Positions 28,862-37,863 of a stretch of DNA of 64,000 bases are shown one piece after another. The position numbers were made by a program, and so were the translations under genes. The stretch's first letter is position 1; each line of letters opens with the position of its first letter. This DNA comes from a bacterium (lineage in GTDB: Bacteria > Patescibacteriota > CPR2 > UBA1875 > JAJYID01), in contig JAJYLR010000001.1 in the NCBI GenBank assembly GCA_021787535.1, positions 83,648-147,647 of the forward strand, in the 5' to 3' direction. Under the pieces are notes generated by a model. The model saw only the letters and a list, made by a program, of their open reading frames with translations. It was not told the DNA's origin and did not search any database.

Positions 28862-31800
28862 ATGTATAACCCAACCAAGTCAACCTTAATTAAAATCTTC
28901 TCTTTAATATCTATTTTAATTTTATGCGGTTTTTTGCTTGTTTACGAACTGACGATTCATGAAGTTAATCAGAAATACAAAAACCAGCAGTCTTCGCAGG
29001 GCAATATTTCGCTTTCAACTTCCGATCTCTCCAAAGATTACGTATCACTCAAGGGCTCAAATCCTCAGTCCGGCAATATCAACCTTGAGGGCAATATCTC
29101 AGGCAATGATGTCCAGGGGCAAACCATTACCTCAACCGTTCAGAATGGAACATCTCCGCTTAATGTCACTTCATCAACCTTAGTTAACAACCTTAATGCT
29201 GACATGGTGGACGGCAAGCACGCAGATGAATTAACCAAAACAACCGTAAACAATATTACAAACACTACAACAGGTGAATCTATCCAGCCGGGAACAACAG
29301 GCCAATACTACCGCGGCGATAAATCCTGGCAGACCTTAAATTCTTCTGCTGTCGGTCTTGGAAATGTCGAGAATACAGCTCTTTCGACATGGACGGGATC
29401 AAACCAAGTTGCCATTTTAGGAACCGTCACTTCCGGAACCTGGAACGCTGGTGCAATCAACGCGGCCGGTTCTATTACCGGTACAGCTCTCCAAGGCACG
29501 TCCTTAAATCTTGGTTCAGGCGCTATCACATCAGGCGCAATTAACGGCCAAACTATTTCTTCCAGCGCTAACTTTACAGGAACTATTACGGCTGGCGGTA
29601 CCATTAACGGAGCTACAATCTCCGGAGGCACACTTTCCGGCGGAAATGTCTCAGGCGGTACTGTCCAGGGTGGAACGCTTTCGTCAACGGCTGTCAACGG
29701 CGTAACTACGGCAAACATTCTAGTCAACACCGGCTCATATTCTGATCCTTCTTGGCTACAAGGTCTTGCCGGTTCAAAGATTACCGGAGATATTCAAGGA
29801 AATGCTAGCGGGTTAACGGGTTCACCTAATATCACGGTTGGTACGATCACTTCCGGCAACATCACATCATCGGGAACACTGGATATTACAGGAACAGGGG
29901 ATTCAACAGTTGGCGGTAATATTTCAGTGAACCCGGACTTTGGCTCTGAGCTAACGACAAATGGAAACTTTAACGGCAGTGCCAACAACTGGCTGGTTTC
30001 CTGCACCGATTATTCCAGCGGTTCCACTGCCTGTAATACGGCTGATACGCCAAACTCAGTTCCGGCATCCGGTTGGTCTTACGGCTCAAACAGTGTTTCT
30101 CATGCTTCTGGAACAAACAACACTGATGCCTTATATCAGGACATTTCAAATACGGCGGGAGAAACATACGGATCAAATATCATTACAGACAGCAACTTTT
30201 CTCTCAATCCTGCAACTAACGGATGGGATTGGATGGATGCCGGCTGGCATTGGGTAAACAACACCGCTATGACTAATGCCGGAGGAGCGTATTTCGGCGA
30301 TGATCTCGGAACAAGCCTTACAGCCGGACTGTACAAAGTTCAATTCTCAACATCGGGAATGCCTGCTGGCGGGCAACTAAAAGTTGCTTTATCCAGTGGA
30401 GGGATAAGTGAAGATGCAGCAGTCGTATCAGGTAACGGCCAACATACTTTCTATTTCACAGTCGGCACCACTCCTGAGACGGGTGGCTGGCCATATTATC
30501 TATATTTTGATTCGACATCGGTTGGCACCACCATTGATAACGTGTCGGCTCAACTGGTTACCGGCGCTCAGTTCGGAGAATCGCAAACTCAGTCATACAA
30601 AGTTAGTTTCGCTGTCTCGGGCATGACAGCCGGATCGCTCTCCGCCAATCTCGGTGGTGTCGGCGGGTCGCCCATTACGGCCAATGGGACCTATACCCAG
30701 TATTTAATTGGCAAGCCCAACGCTAACATCATTTCATTTGTTCCATCACATGATGCTGTCTTTACTCTTTCAAATATTTCCGTTACTCCGGTTCAGAACG
30801 GCACTATTACTGTTCAGGATATCATTACCAAAGGAGGGCCGAAAGTTGACGTCAGAGCTTATGGCGCAAAAGGAGACGGGAAGACCGACAATACGGCGGC
30901 CATCCAGGCGGCGGAAGACAGTCTCCCTGATCAGGGCGGCACTCTTTATTTCCCATCCGGAACATTTCTCGGCCACGTAACCCTAAAGTCAAATGTCCAT
31001 GTTGAAGGTGCCGGTATCAACGCAACCATACTGAAACTTCCGAACGGCGCAAATACGGATGTGATTGCCTCCAAAGATTTCGCCAGCTTGACCGGCAACA
31101 CAACCAACAGAGATGGTGTTAATAGAGTTACACTCGATGACATAACCATCGACGGAAATGCAGGAAACAATACCGCGGGTTACGGTGTCAGAAAATACGG
31201 AGGCCAATGGAATGTTCATGACGTTGTCATTAAAAACTGCGCTCAGGACGGAGTCTATTCTGAGTGGGGTAGCTATGGGGGCGCTCCTCTTGTGGCTGAT
31301 TCAATGGAAGATCATTGGACTAATATTATGCTTACTGTTAATTCCGGCAGCGGTATGACCTGGAACGGCCCTCATGATAGCGTGCTCGACAACTTTATTG
31401 TAAGTAGCAACAGTGGCAATGGGATCAATTTTGAGAATGCATCCGGGGGGGTTGCCAATGGTACCCAGCTGAAGAATTCCCACATTTGGGGCAATTCATC
31501 AACAGGTTATGGTTTGTGGATTAAAACGAGTATAAATCTTGACAATGATATTGTCGAAGGGGCAACCGGTACTGGCGGAATCGGCATTTATGTGGATTCC
31601 GGCGGAGCCATCTTGGCAAACGGCCTCCAAGTCTATGCTTGTGAAACAGGAGTTTACATAAGCGGAGTGTCGCCGGGCGGAAATAATGAGATTACAGGAA
31701 TTACTTTGTCTACTATTACTAAAGCTAATATTGTCATTTATAGCGCTTGGTCCGTCCGAATAACCGGTGCCACAATTTCGATCTCTTCGAATTCTTCAAG

Positions 31801-32731
31801 TGCAGTGGGTATTGATCTGCAAAGCGGAGGAAATGCCTATATAGATAATGCAGTGATCAGTTTAGGACAGAATTCGCATGGCATTAATGTTGGTAGCTCA
31901 GGGTCGGCGTTTACCGGCAGTATGATTTCTGCCAGGATTGTAGGATATACCGGAAGCAGCCCGACCGGAACCATGATCAATTGGGCTAATGCCGGAGATG
32001 CCAACAACAACTTAACAGCCACAGTTTCGACACATACGGGAGAAACCGCTCTTGCAGGCAGTCCCGCAGCAAGTAATGAAATTAATATTTTATCAACAGG
32101 GACTGGGACAAATGCGAATTACAAAAACTTCTCAAGCGCCAATAACGTTGGGGTTGGGGTAATTAATTCTCAAAACAAGCTTAGCGTTAATGCTCCTGTT
32201 ACGGCTGACACGCTGGCAACCACGATAATTACGCCAACTGTGGCTTCGAACAAAGGTTTAGTAGTGCAAGGTTATACTTCGCAAACTGCTGACTTGATCC
32301 AGGCGCAAAGTTCACTAGGAGCCGTGTTATTTAAGATTGACAACTCGGGTAACTTGGCGGCTAAAAGCGCAACCTTCACCGGCACATTGACTATGAACGG
32401 TCATATTATTACCGGAAACTCAATCGGTTCGACGACGATTGCCGCCGGAGCTAATGCAGGAACGGGAGCCACGGCAACAATCAGTGGAAACGACACTTCG
32501 GGGACTATCACAGTGACGACTGGAACCGGCCCGGCTGCGGGAACTTTGGCAACTATTACATTTGCCGGTACCTATGGCTCGGCACCAAGAGTGGTTTTGA
32601 CACCAACCGGCGCAAATGGCGCAACTCTGCAATATTATGTCGGATCCACAACCACAACATTTACCTTATCTAGCGGTACGGCACCGACGGCTTCAACCGC
32701 CTACACCTACAATTATCAGGTAATGCAGTAG
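28862..32731 (+). CDS. Giant surface protein paralog (1289 aa) with the same N-terminal anchor, a shared conserved ~300-aa N-domain, a pectate-lyase-type beta-helix and a shared C-terminal domain
   Basis: VRAYGAKGDGKTDNTAAIQAAEDSLPDQGGTLYFPSGTF. The N- and C-terminal regions align with the upstream gene. The genes are in tandem with a 77-bp spacer. Confidence 0.8.
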   Translation: MYNPTKSTLIKIFSLISILILCGFLLVYELTIHEVNQKYKNQQSSQGNISLSTSDLSKDYVSLKGSNPQSGNINLEGNISGNDVQGQTITSTVQNGTSPLNVTSSTLVNNLNADMVDGKHADELTKTTVNNITNTTTGESIQPGTTGQYYRGDKSWQTLNSSAVGLGNVENTALSTWTGSNQVAILGTVTSGTWNAGAINAAGSITGTALQGTSLNLGSGAITSGAINGQTISSSANFTGTITAGGTINGATISGGTLSGGNVSGGTVQGGTLSSTAVNGVTTANILVNTGSYSDPSWLQGLAGSKITGDIQGNASGLTGSPNITVGTITSGNITSSGTLDITGTGDSTVGGNISVNPDFGSELTTNGNFNGSANNWLVSCTDYSSGSTACNTADTPNSVPASGWSYGSNSVSHASGTNNTDALYQDISNTAGETYGSNIITDSNFSLNPATNGWDWMDAGWHWVNNTAMTNAGGAYFGDDLGTSLTAGLYKVQFSTSGMPAGGQLKVALSSGGISEDAAVVSGNGQHTFYFTVGTTPETGGWPYYLYFDSTSVGTTIDNVSAQLVTGAQFGESQTQSYKVSFAVSGMTAGSLSANLGGVGGSPITANGTYTQYLIGKPNANIISFVPSHDAVFTLSNISVTPVQNGTITVQDIITKGGPKVDVRAYGAKGDGKTDNTAAIQAAEDSLPDQGGTLYFPSGTFLGHVTLKSNVHVEGAGINATILKLPNGANTDVIASKDFASLTGNTTNRDGVNRVTLDDITIDGNAGNNTAGYGVRKYGGQWNVHDVVIKNCAQDGVYSEWGSYGGAPLVADSMEDHWTNIMLTVNSGSGMTWNGPHDSVLDNFIVSSNSGNGINFENASGGVANGTQLKNSHIWGNSSTGYGLWIKTSINLDNDIVEGATGTGGIGIYVDSGGAILANGLQVYACETGVYISGVSPGGNNEITGITLSTITKANIVIYSAWSVRITGATISISSNSSSAVGIDLQSGGNAYIDNAVISLGQNSHGINVGSSGSAFTGSMISARIVGYTGSSPTGTMINWANAGDANNNLTATVSTHTGETALAGSPAASNEINILSTGTGTNANYKNFSSANNVGVGVINSQNKLSVNAPVTADTLATTIITPTVASNKGLVVQGYTSQTADLIQAQSSLGAVLFKIDNSGNLAAKSATFTGTLTMNGHIITGNSIGSTTIAAGANAGTGATATISGNDTSGTITVTTGTGPAAGTLATITFAGTYGSAPRVVLTPTGANGATLQYYVGSTTTTFTLSSGTAPTASTAYTYNYQVMQ

Positions 32732-32732
32732 G

Positions 32733-32772
32733 CAAGCAACCGCTTGCTTGCTTTTACAAGGACAGTCCTTGT
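32733..32772 (+). terminator. Tandem hairpins after the giant gene: gcaagcaa-ccgc-ttgcttgc followed by TTTT, then the 17-nt perfect palindrome acaaggacagtccttgt
   Basis: Inverted repeats read directly from the sequence. The second palindrome is a member of a recurring gene-end palindrome family (also at 33875, 58092 and 61281). Confidence 0.55.
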
Positions 32773-32780
32773 TAAAATTC

Positions 32781-32849
32781 TGTATAGATGCTTGAGTTTT
32801 TGTATAGATATTTGACATTTTGTATAGTTTTTGATAGTATATCTATACA
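32781..32849 (+). promoter_or_regulatory. Promoter (TTGACA-17-TAGTAT) carrying three direct TGTATAG(A) repeats and an inverted CTATACA. A candidate operator array for the downstream MerR-type regulator.
   Basis: tgtataga at 32781 and 32801, tgtatag at 32821 inside the spacer, ctataca at 32843. ttgaca at 32812-32817 and tagtat at 32835-32840. The ATG at 32852 implies a leaderless or very short leader. Confidence 0.5.
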
Positions 32850-32851
32850 AT

Positions 32852-33574
32852 ATGAAAAATAACAAAAAATTGATGCCGATCGGAGAAGCAGCTGATTTCC
32901 TGGAGGTATCGGTTATGACCCTCAGGCGTTGGGATGCTTCCGGAAAACTGCCGGCGCTCAAAAAGCCCAGCGGCCACCGATATTATGAACGCGAAGCGCT
33001 TGAGCGGTTTCGCGAGGATATTTTTGGCTTGGCGAGAACATGGGCGGGCAGCGAGACAGCCCCCGATATTCCAAAAGATTACTACTGTGAAACTCAGGAT
33101 CGCTTTCGCGCTCGGCTTGAACATATGGCAATACTTGCCAGCCAAAAATCCGGGGTATCCGAAGCCGTCCCGATTTTAACAGCTGTGGCGGGAGAAATCG
33201 GCAACAATTCCTTTGATCACAACTTGGGAAACTGGCCTGACGTTCCCGGCGTATTTTTTGTCTATGACACCAATAAGCGTATAATTGTGTTGGCGGATCG
33301 CGGAGTGGGCATTAAGGGAACACTGTCAAGGGTTCGTCCAAATTTAAAAGATGACATTGACGCTCTGACTGTCGCGATGACTGAGCGCATATCGGGGAGA
33401 TCGCCGGAACAAAGGGGAAACGGTTTAAAGTTTGTAGTGAGTGTTACAGCGGAAAATTTGATTAAGGTAACTTTACAATCAGGAATAGCAGTCGCCACTA
33501 TTGAAAGAGGCAAGGCGCACATCTCTCTGGCTGATCGCAATATTCGCGGAGTATTAACTAAGGTGGAGTATTAA
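32852..33574 (+). CDS. MerR-family HTH fused to a GHKL-type ATPase/serine-kinase-like domain (anti-sigma-factor-like). The ORF-track start at 32831 is a TTG; the ATG at 32852 is preferred.
   Basis: The HTH PIGEAADFLEVSVMTLRRWDASGKLPALKKPSGHRYY fits the MerR pattern. The N-box EIGNNSFDH, G1 DRGVGI and G2 GNGLKFV resemble SpoIIAB/RsbW-type GHKL motifs. Confidence 0.55.
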   Translation: MKNNKKLMPIGEAADFLEVSVMTLRRWDASGKLPALKKPSGHRYYEREALERFREDIFGLARTWAGSETAPDIPKDYYCETQDRFRARLEHMAILASQKSGVSEAVPILTAVAGEIGNNSFDHNLGNWPDVPGVFFVYDTNKRIIVLADRGVGIKGTLSRVRPNLKDDIDALTVAMTERISGRSPEQRGNGLKFVVSVTAENLIKVTLQSGIAVATIERGKAHISLADRNIRGVLTKVEY

Positions 33575-33576
33575 CG

Positions 33577-33840
33577 ATGAAAATTGAACTTAAAAAATTC
33601 GGATTGGTTTTGACCTCTAGGCCGGCAGGCAAGGAAGCATTTGCGGCCATCCGGCCAACTTTAGATCTTAACGCTGATAAGGTAGAAGTTGATTTTAGCG
33701 GAATAATCTCTCTGTCCCCATCATGGGCCGATGAGTTTTTTAAGGGTTTGGAAAGTTTGTATGGAGATCGTGTAATCTATCTTCCGAGTGATAATCCGTC
33801 CGTAAAGGCCACTCTCAAAATCCTTCAAGACGAAGAGTAA
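33577..33840 (+). CDS. STAS-domain protein (anti-sigma-factor-antagonist-like, DUF4325-like). Putative partner of the upstream GHKL protein.
   Basis: 87 aa. VEVDFSGIISLSPSWADEFF resembles the SpoIIAA-type STAS core. Its start is 3 nt after the upstream stop. Confidence 0.5.
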   Translation: MKIELKKFGLVLTSRPAGKEAFAAIRPTLDLNADKVEVDFSGIISLSPSWADEFFKGLESLYGDRVIYLPSDNPSVKATLKILQDEE

Positions 33841-33874
33841 ATATTGTCTCATTTTAAACATCGTGGTTGCTTTT

Positions 33875-33891
33875 ACAAGGACTGTCCTTGT
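33875..33891 (+). terminator. Gene-end palindrome acaaggactgtccttgt (family member, opposite central base)
   Basis: A perfect 17-nt palindrome 35 nt after the STAS stop. Confidence 0.45.
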
Positions 33892-33947
33892 TGAAATTGT
33901 ACACATTGTTTTTGAGGCTTTGTTGTGTTTTGGTATTTTTAGATTCT

Positions 33948-34037
33948 CTTTCTTTGTCATCCCGAGTGGAGCGATAGCGTAATCAAGGGATCTTTTTCCG
34001 AGGATTAAGGGATTCCTCCGCTTTGGTCGGAATGACA
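33948..34037. repeat. Composite palindromic element (type C variants) in the intergenic DNA upstream of the phosphoribosyltransferase gene
   Basis: tttgtcatcccgagtggagcgatagcgtaatcaagggatc ... gggattcctccgctttggtcggaatgacag. Confidence 0.65.
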
Positions 34038-34048
34038 GAGGAGATAAT

Positions 34049-34705
34049 ATGGCAGATGTTTATTTTAAAGATCGAGAAGATGCCGGGCGGAGGTTGACTG
34101 AGAAGTTAATTCAATACAAGGGTCAAAATCCGGTTGTTTTGGCTTTGCCGAGGGGTGGAGTTGTTCTTGGTGCAGAAGTTGCCGGGGTATTAAACTGCCC
34201 GTTAGACCTCGTAATTCCCAGAAAAATCGGCCATCCGATAAATCCGGAGTATGCTATCGCCGCTGTGACCGAAGGCGGGGCGCTTGTGGCAAATGAGAGC
34301 GAAGTTGCCACGGTTGATCCGGAATGGTTTGAACGAGAAAAAGCGGTCCAGATTGCCGAAGCCAAAAGGCGGCGGAGGGTTTACTTGAAAGACAGAAAGG
34401 CAGTAGATTTAACCGGTAAAACAGCTATTATCATCGATGACGGTATTGCCACGGGCCTGACTATGATGGCTGCAATTTCCGAGGTTAAGGCGAAAAATCC
34501 TGTCAAAATCATCATTGCCGTACCGGTAGCGCCGGCTGATATTTACCACAGAATTAGCCAAGAAGTTGACGATTTTGTTGCCATTGACGCGCCGGAGTAT
34601 TACCTGGGTTCGGTGGGCGCTTATTATCAGAAATTCCCGCAGGTGAGCGATGAGGAAGTGGTCGGGATTTTGTACCAAAATCTCAGGAAAACAAATAACA
34701 ATTAA
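34049..34705 (+). CDS. Phosphoribosyltransferase (type I PRTase fold)
   Basis: The PRPP-binding motif TAIIIDDGIATGLTMMAAI. The size is 218 aa. Confidence 0.7.
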   Translation: MADVYFKDREDAGRRLTEKLIQYKGQNPVVLALPRGGVVLGAEVAGVLNCPLDLVIPRKIGHPINPEYAIAAVTEGGALVANESEVATVDPEWFEREKAVQIAEAKRRRRVYLKDRKAVDLTGKTAIIIDDGIATGLTMMAAISEVKAKNPVKIIIAVPVAPADIYHRISQEVDDFVAIDAPEYYLGSVGAYYQKFPQVSDEEVVGILYQNLRKTNNN

Positions 34706-34782
34706 CAAATAACAAGGGACTGCTAATTTAGGACATAGTTGTTAATTGTTTACTGTTAATTGTTTACTGTTATAATAAGCTT

Positions 34783-35160
34783 ATGCAATATATCAGTTTT
34801 GTACCAGCACTTTTAATCTGGTGGTATGGGAGGGGACTGACTGATCTCTTTTCCTTTCTTTTAGCTTTGCTTGACTATATTCAAAATTTATTTTCTGTCA
34901 CAGCACTCTTAAAAACGCTTTTTTCGCCTTGGAAAAAAATGGTTGGTGAAAGAGGCCGGGGGATTGACGGTTTAAAAATATGGCTTCTTGATAACCTTGT
35001 TTCCCGAGGAGTCGGCTTCGTTGTCCGGGTACTGATGATTTTTGTCTTTCTGATAGCTTTTCTGGCCTTCCTTATCTTTTCAGTGATAGCAATTATATTT
35101 TGGCTTTTTATGCCTGGGATTGTAGCAGCTTCTTTTATTTACATCTTTATAGGGAAATAA
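34783..35160 (+). CDS. Small polytopic membrane protein (125 aa)
   Basis: Three hydrophobic segments. Its stop abuts the start of the Clp ATPase gene. Confidence 0.4.
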   Translation: MQYISFVPALLIWWYGRGLTDLFSFLLALLDYIQNLFSVTALLKTLFSPWKKMVGERGRGIDGLKIWLLDNLVSRGVGFVVRVLMIFVFLIAFLAFLIFSVIAIIFWLFMPGIVAASFIYIFIGK

Positions 35161-35161
35161 C

Positions 35162-37678
35162 ATGGTGAATCCGGAACAAATAGATTTTTCTAAAAATACG
35201 CGGCTTACGCTTATTGCGAACTTAAATGCGACCTTTAACCGAGAGCAGATAGTCAAGATATTAGGCGCTATCAGTGTTCTGGGCGGATTATCTTTTGCGA
35301 TTCTTTTGGCGGCTTACTTTACCGGGCTTTCCAGTCCCTTCTTCATTTTTGCCAGAATGTTTCTTTTTTTGGGGCTGATGGCTTTTGTCTTTTTGGTTTT
35401 CATTAAAAAATTTTTTCGCCAGACAGAAGATGCTATTCAAATAGGCGAAAATGCGTCCTCGTACCAAGTCTTTAAAATAGTGGATCTTGAAACTGTTAGA
35501 ATCCTATCCGGCATTGACTTTAATAAGCCGGATCTAACTGCTTTATACGAAAAAATACTTGCGTCCCGGAGAGTCCAGTTCATTGCCGGCGAGATGGGGA
35601 TGACAGTGGAATTTAACCGCAAACTTTTTTCAGGAATCATCAAAGGACAGAATCTGTTTCCTCAAATTTTTGCTTTGGCTATCGATAACGCCGTGAGCGA
35701 AAAATCTAACTTTGTTACAACAGCGGATATTTTTTACGGCTTTTTGAAAATTAGCACTGCGCTCGATGCCTCGCTTATGGCTATCGAAATCAACGAAGAT
35801 GACCTTCAAAATATTGTTTTCTGGGCTAATAACTTTTTTATGAAGGTTATGTATCCCAAAACCTTGATCCAAAAGATGCATTCTAAACAGGAGGGATTAG
35901 CTGAAAGCTGGGCTTCCGGTTACACGATATTTTTAGACAGATTTTCGCGCGATATTTCTAGTCCTGCGTATTTTGGCGCCTTTTCGACGGAGGGCAGAGA
36001 GAAAGTTCTTGCCGAGATGGAAAATGTTTTATCTAAAGAATCAAGACACAACTGTATCTTGACGGGCGAACCGGGAACCGGCAAAACCTCCGTTGTTTAC
36101 GGGCTGGCTGAAAAAATTTACTGGGGTGAAACTTTGCCTGCGCTATCGCACAAAAGAGTTGTATCGCTTGACACGGCTGCTCTTCTTTCCGGTGTTTCTT
36201 CGCCGGCTGAGGCAGATGAAAGGTTGCTCGGAGTTTTAAACGAAGCGGCTCGGGCAGGAAATGTTATCCTTTTTATCGACGACATTCATACGCTTTTTGC
36301 CGGATCGGGAGGCAAGGTCGGGACGATTGATGCTTCTGAAGTAATAGCTCCTTACCTTGCCGGCAGCAATCTAAGGATCGTCGGAGTGACAACTACCCAT
36401 AACTATCAGACTTACATTGCACCCAGGGGCAACATTGCCGGCAGTATGGAAAAAATTGAGGTTGAACCAGCGGATTTGAACCAGACAATCCGAATTCTTG
36501 AAGACCTTTCGCTTTATTTTTCTGCTAAATATCATCTGAGTATCAGTTATAACGTGCTTAAGGAAGTTTATCGGCTTGCCGAGAGATTTGTGAGTGAGAA
36601 AGGATTTCCGGCCAAAGCGGTGGATATGCTGGAAAATGTTTGTACGGCCGCCAAGAACAAAGGGGAAAAATCGCTCGACCGCCATATCACCGATATGCTG
36701 GCTGAAAACACCTTAAATGTGCCAATCCAGGAGGCAGAGGGATCTGAGAAGGAGACCTTATTAAATCTAGAAAGCAAACTGCACTCAAGAGTCATCGGAC
36801 AGGATGAAGCGGTAAGGGCTGTCACTCAGGCCCTTCAGCGCGCCAGAACGCAAGTGGCGGATACAAAAAGACCGATCGGAACATTTCTCTTTCTGGGCCC
36901 GACAGGGGTTGGTAAAACGGAGCTTTCTAAAGCGCTTGCTTGGGCATACTTTGGCAGCGAGGAAAATATGGTCCGGATGGATATGAACGAATTTCAGGAC
37001 GCCTCATCTGTCGATCGTTTCATCGGGCGCCAGATCCCCGGCAGTGAAGATCTAGAGGGCGGTGATTTTGTAAAGAAAGTACGAGAGCATCCGTTCTCTG
37101 TTGTTCTTTTGGACGAACTTGAAAAAGCGCATCCGGACATTCTAAATCTTTTCCTGCAAATTTTAGACGAGGGCTACTTTACAGATGCCCTTGGCAGTAA
37201 GATATCATTTCAAAACACCATTATCATTGCTACATCAAACGCTGGGGCGAATTTAATTCGGGAAGGCATTGTCTCCGGTCAAGACTCAAACAGTTTAAAA
37301 ACAGAACTGTTGGCATTTTTACAGAAAGAAGGCATTTACAAGCCGGAGTTTTTAAATAGATTTGACGGAACTATTATCTTTAAGCCATTAACAAAGGATG
37401 AACTCTTGAAAATTGCCCGGCTAATCTTCCAAAACTCTTGTACATCCTTGAAAGAAAAAGGTTATATTATTCAAATAGAGCCGCTAGCGCTTGAGAAGCT
37501 TGTTGAGTGGGGTTATCAGCCGGAGTTTGGCGCGCGTCCGATGAGACGGGTATTTCAAGATAAGTTAGAGAGCATGCTAGCCAGGAAAATCTTGGAGGGT
37601 ATAGTTCAAAAAGGCCAGCCGTTTACGGTCAAACTAGCTGATTTGGAAGGTGCCGACCAAGCGGTTGGAAATGCTTAA
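35162..37678 (+). CDS. Clp-family two-NBD AAA+ chaperone (ClpB/ClpC-like) with an N-terminal membrane anchor
   Basis: NBD1 Walker A LTGEPGTGKTSVVYGLAEKI and NBD2 LFLGPTGVGKTELSKALA. Clp-N-like repeats are present. Two TM helices at aa 30-80 are unusual for Clp ATPases. Confidence 0.8.
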   Translation: MVNPEQIDFSKNTRLTLIANLNATFNREQIVKILGAISVLGGLSFAILLAAYFTGLSSPFFIFARMFLFLGLMAFVFLVFIKKFFRQTEDAIQIGENASSYQVFKIVDLETVRILSGIDFNKPDLTALYEKILASRRVQFIAGEMGMTVEFNRKLFSGIIKGQNLFPQIFALAIDNAVSEKSNFVTTADIFYGFLKISTALDASLMAIEINEDDLQNIVFWANNFFMKVMYPKTLIQKMHSKQEGLAESWASGYTIFLDRFSRDISSPAYFGAFSTEGREKVLAEMENVLSKESRHNCILTGEPGTGKTSVVYGLAEKIYWGETLPALSHKRVVSLDTAALLSGVSSPAEADERLLGVLNEAARAGNVILFIDDIHTLFAGSGGKVGTIDASEVIAPYLAGSNLRIVGVTTTHNYQTYIAPRGNIAGSMEKIEVEPADLNQTIRILEDLSLYFSAKYHLSISYNVLKEVYRLAERFVSEKGFPAKAVDMLENVCTAAKNKGEKSLDRHITDMLAENTLNVPIQEAEGSEKETLLNLESKLHSRVIGQDEAVRAVTQALQRARTQVADTKRPIGTFLFLGPTGVGKTELSKALAWAYFGSEENMVRMDMNEFQDASSVDRFIGRQIPGSEDLEGGDFVKKVREHPFSVVLLDELEKAHPDILNLFLQILDEGYFTDALGSKISFQNTIIIATSNAGANLIREGIVSGQDSNSLKTELLAFLQKEGIYKPEFLNRFDGTIIFKPLTKDELLKIARLIFQNSCTSLKEKGYIIQIEPLALEKLVEWGYQPEFGARPMRRVFQDKLESMLARKILEGIVQKGQPFTVKLADLEGADQAVGNA

Positions 37679-37800
37679 AGAAAAGAGTAAAATAAGAATG
37701 ACTAATTACCAATATCTAATAACCAATCAATTCTAAAATTTAAAAATTAATTAATTGAAAATTGACTGGAAATTGGGACTTGAAAATTAGAAATTAAGGT

Positions 37801-37848
37801 TAAGGGATTCCTCGGCTTGTCGCTACCGCGAAGTCGCTCGGAATGACA
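37801..37848. repeat. Palindromic element type C, inverted copy of 20657-20703, upstream of ppsA
   Basis: gggattcctcggcttgtcgctaccgcgaagtcgctcggaatgacaaa is the reverse complement of the 20.66-kb copy, with 1-2 differences. Confidence 0.8.
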
Positions 37849-37863
37849 AAAACGGAGGGTTGA

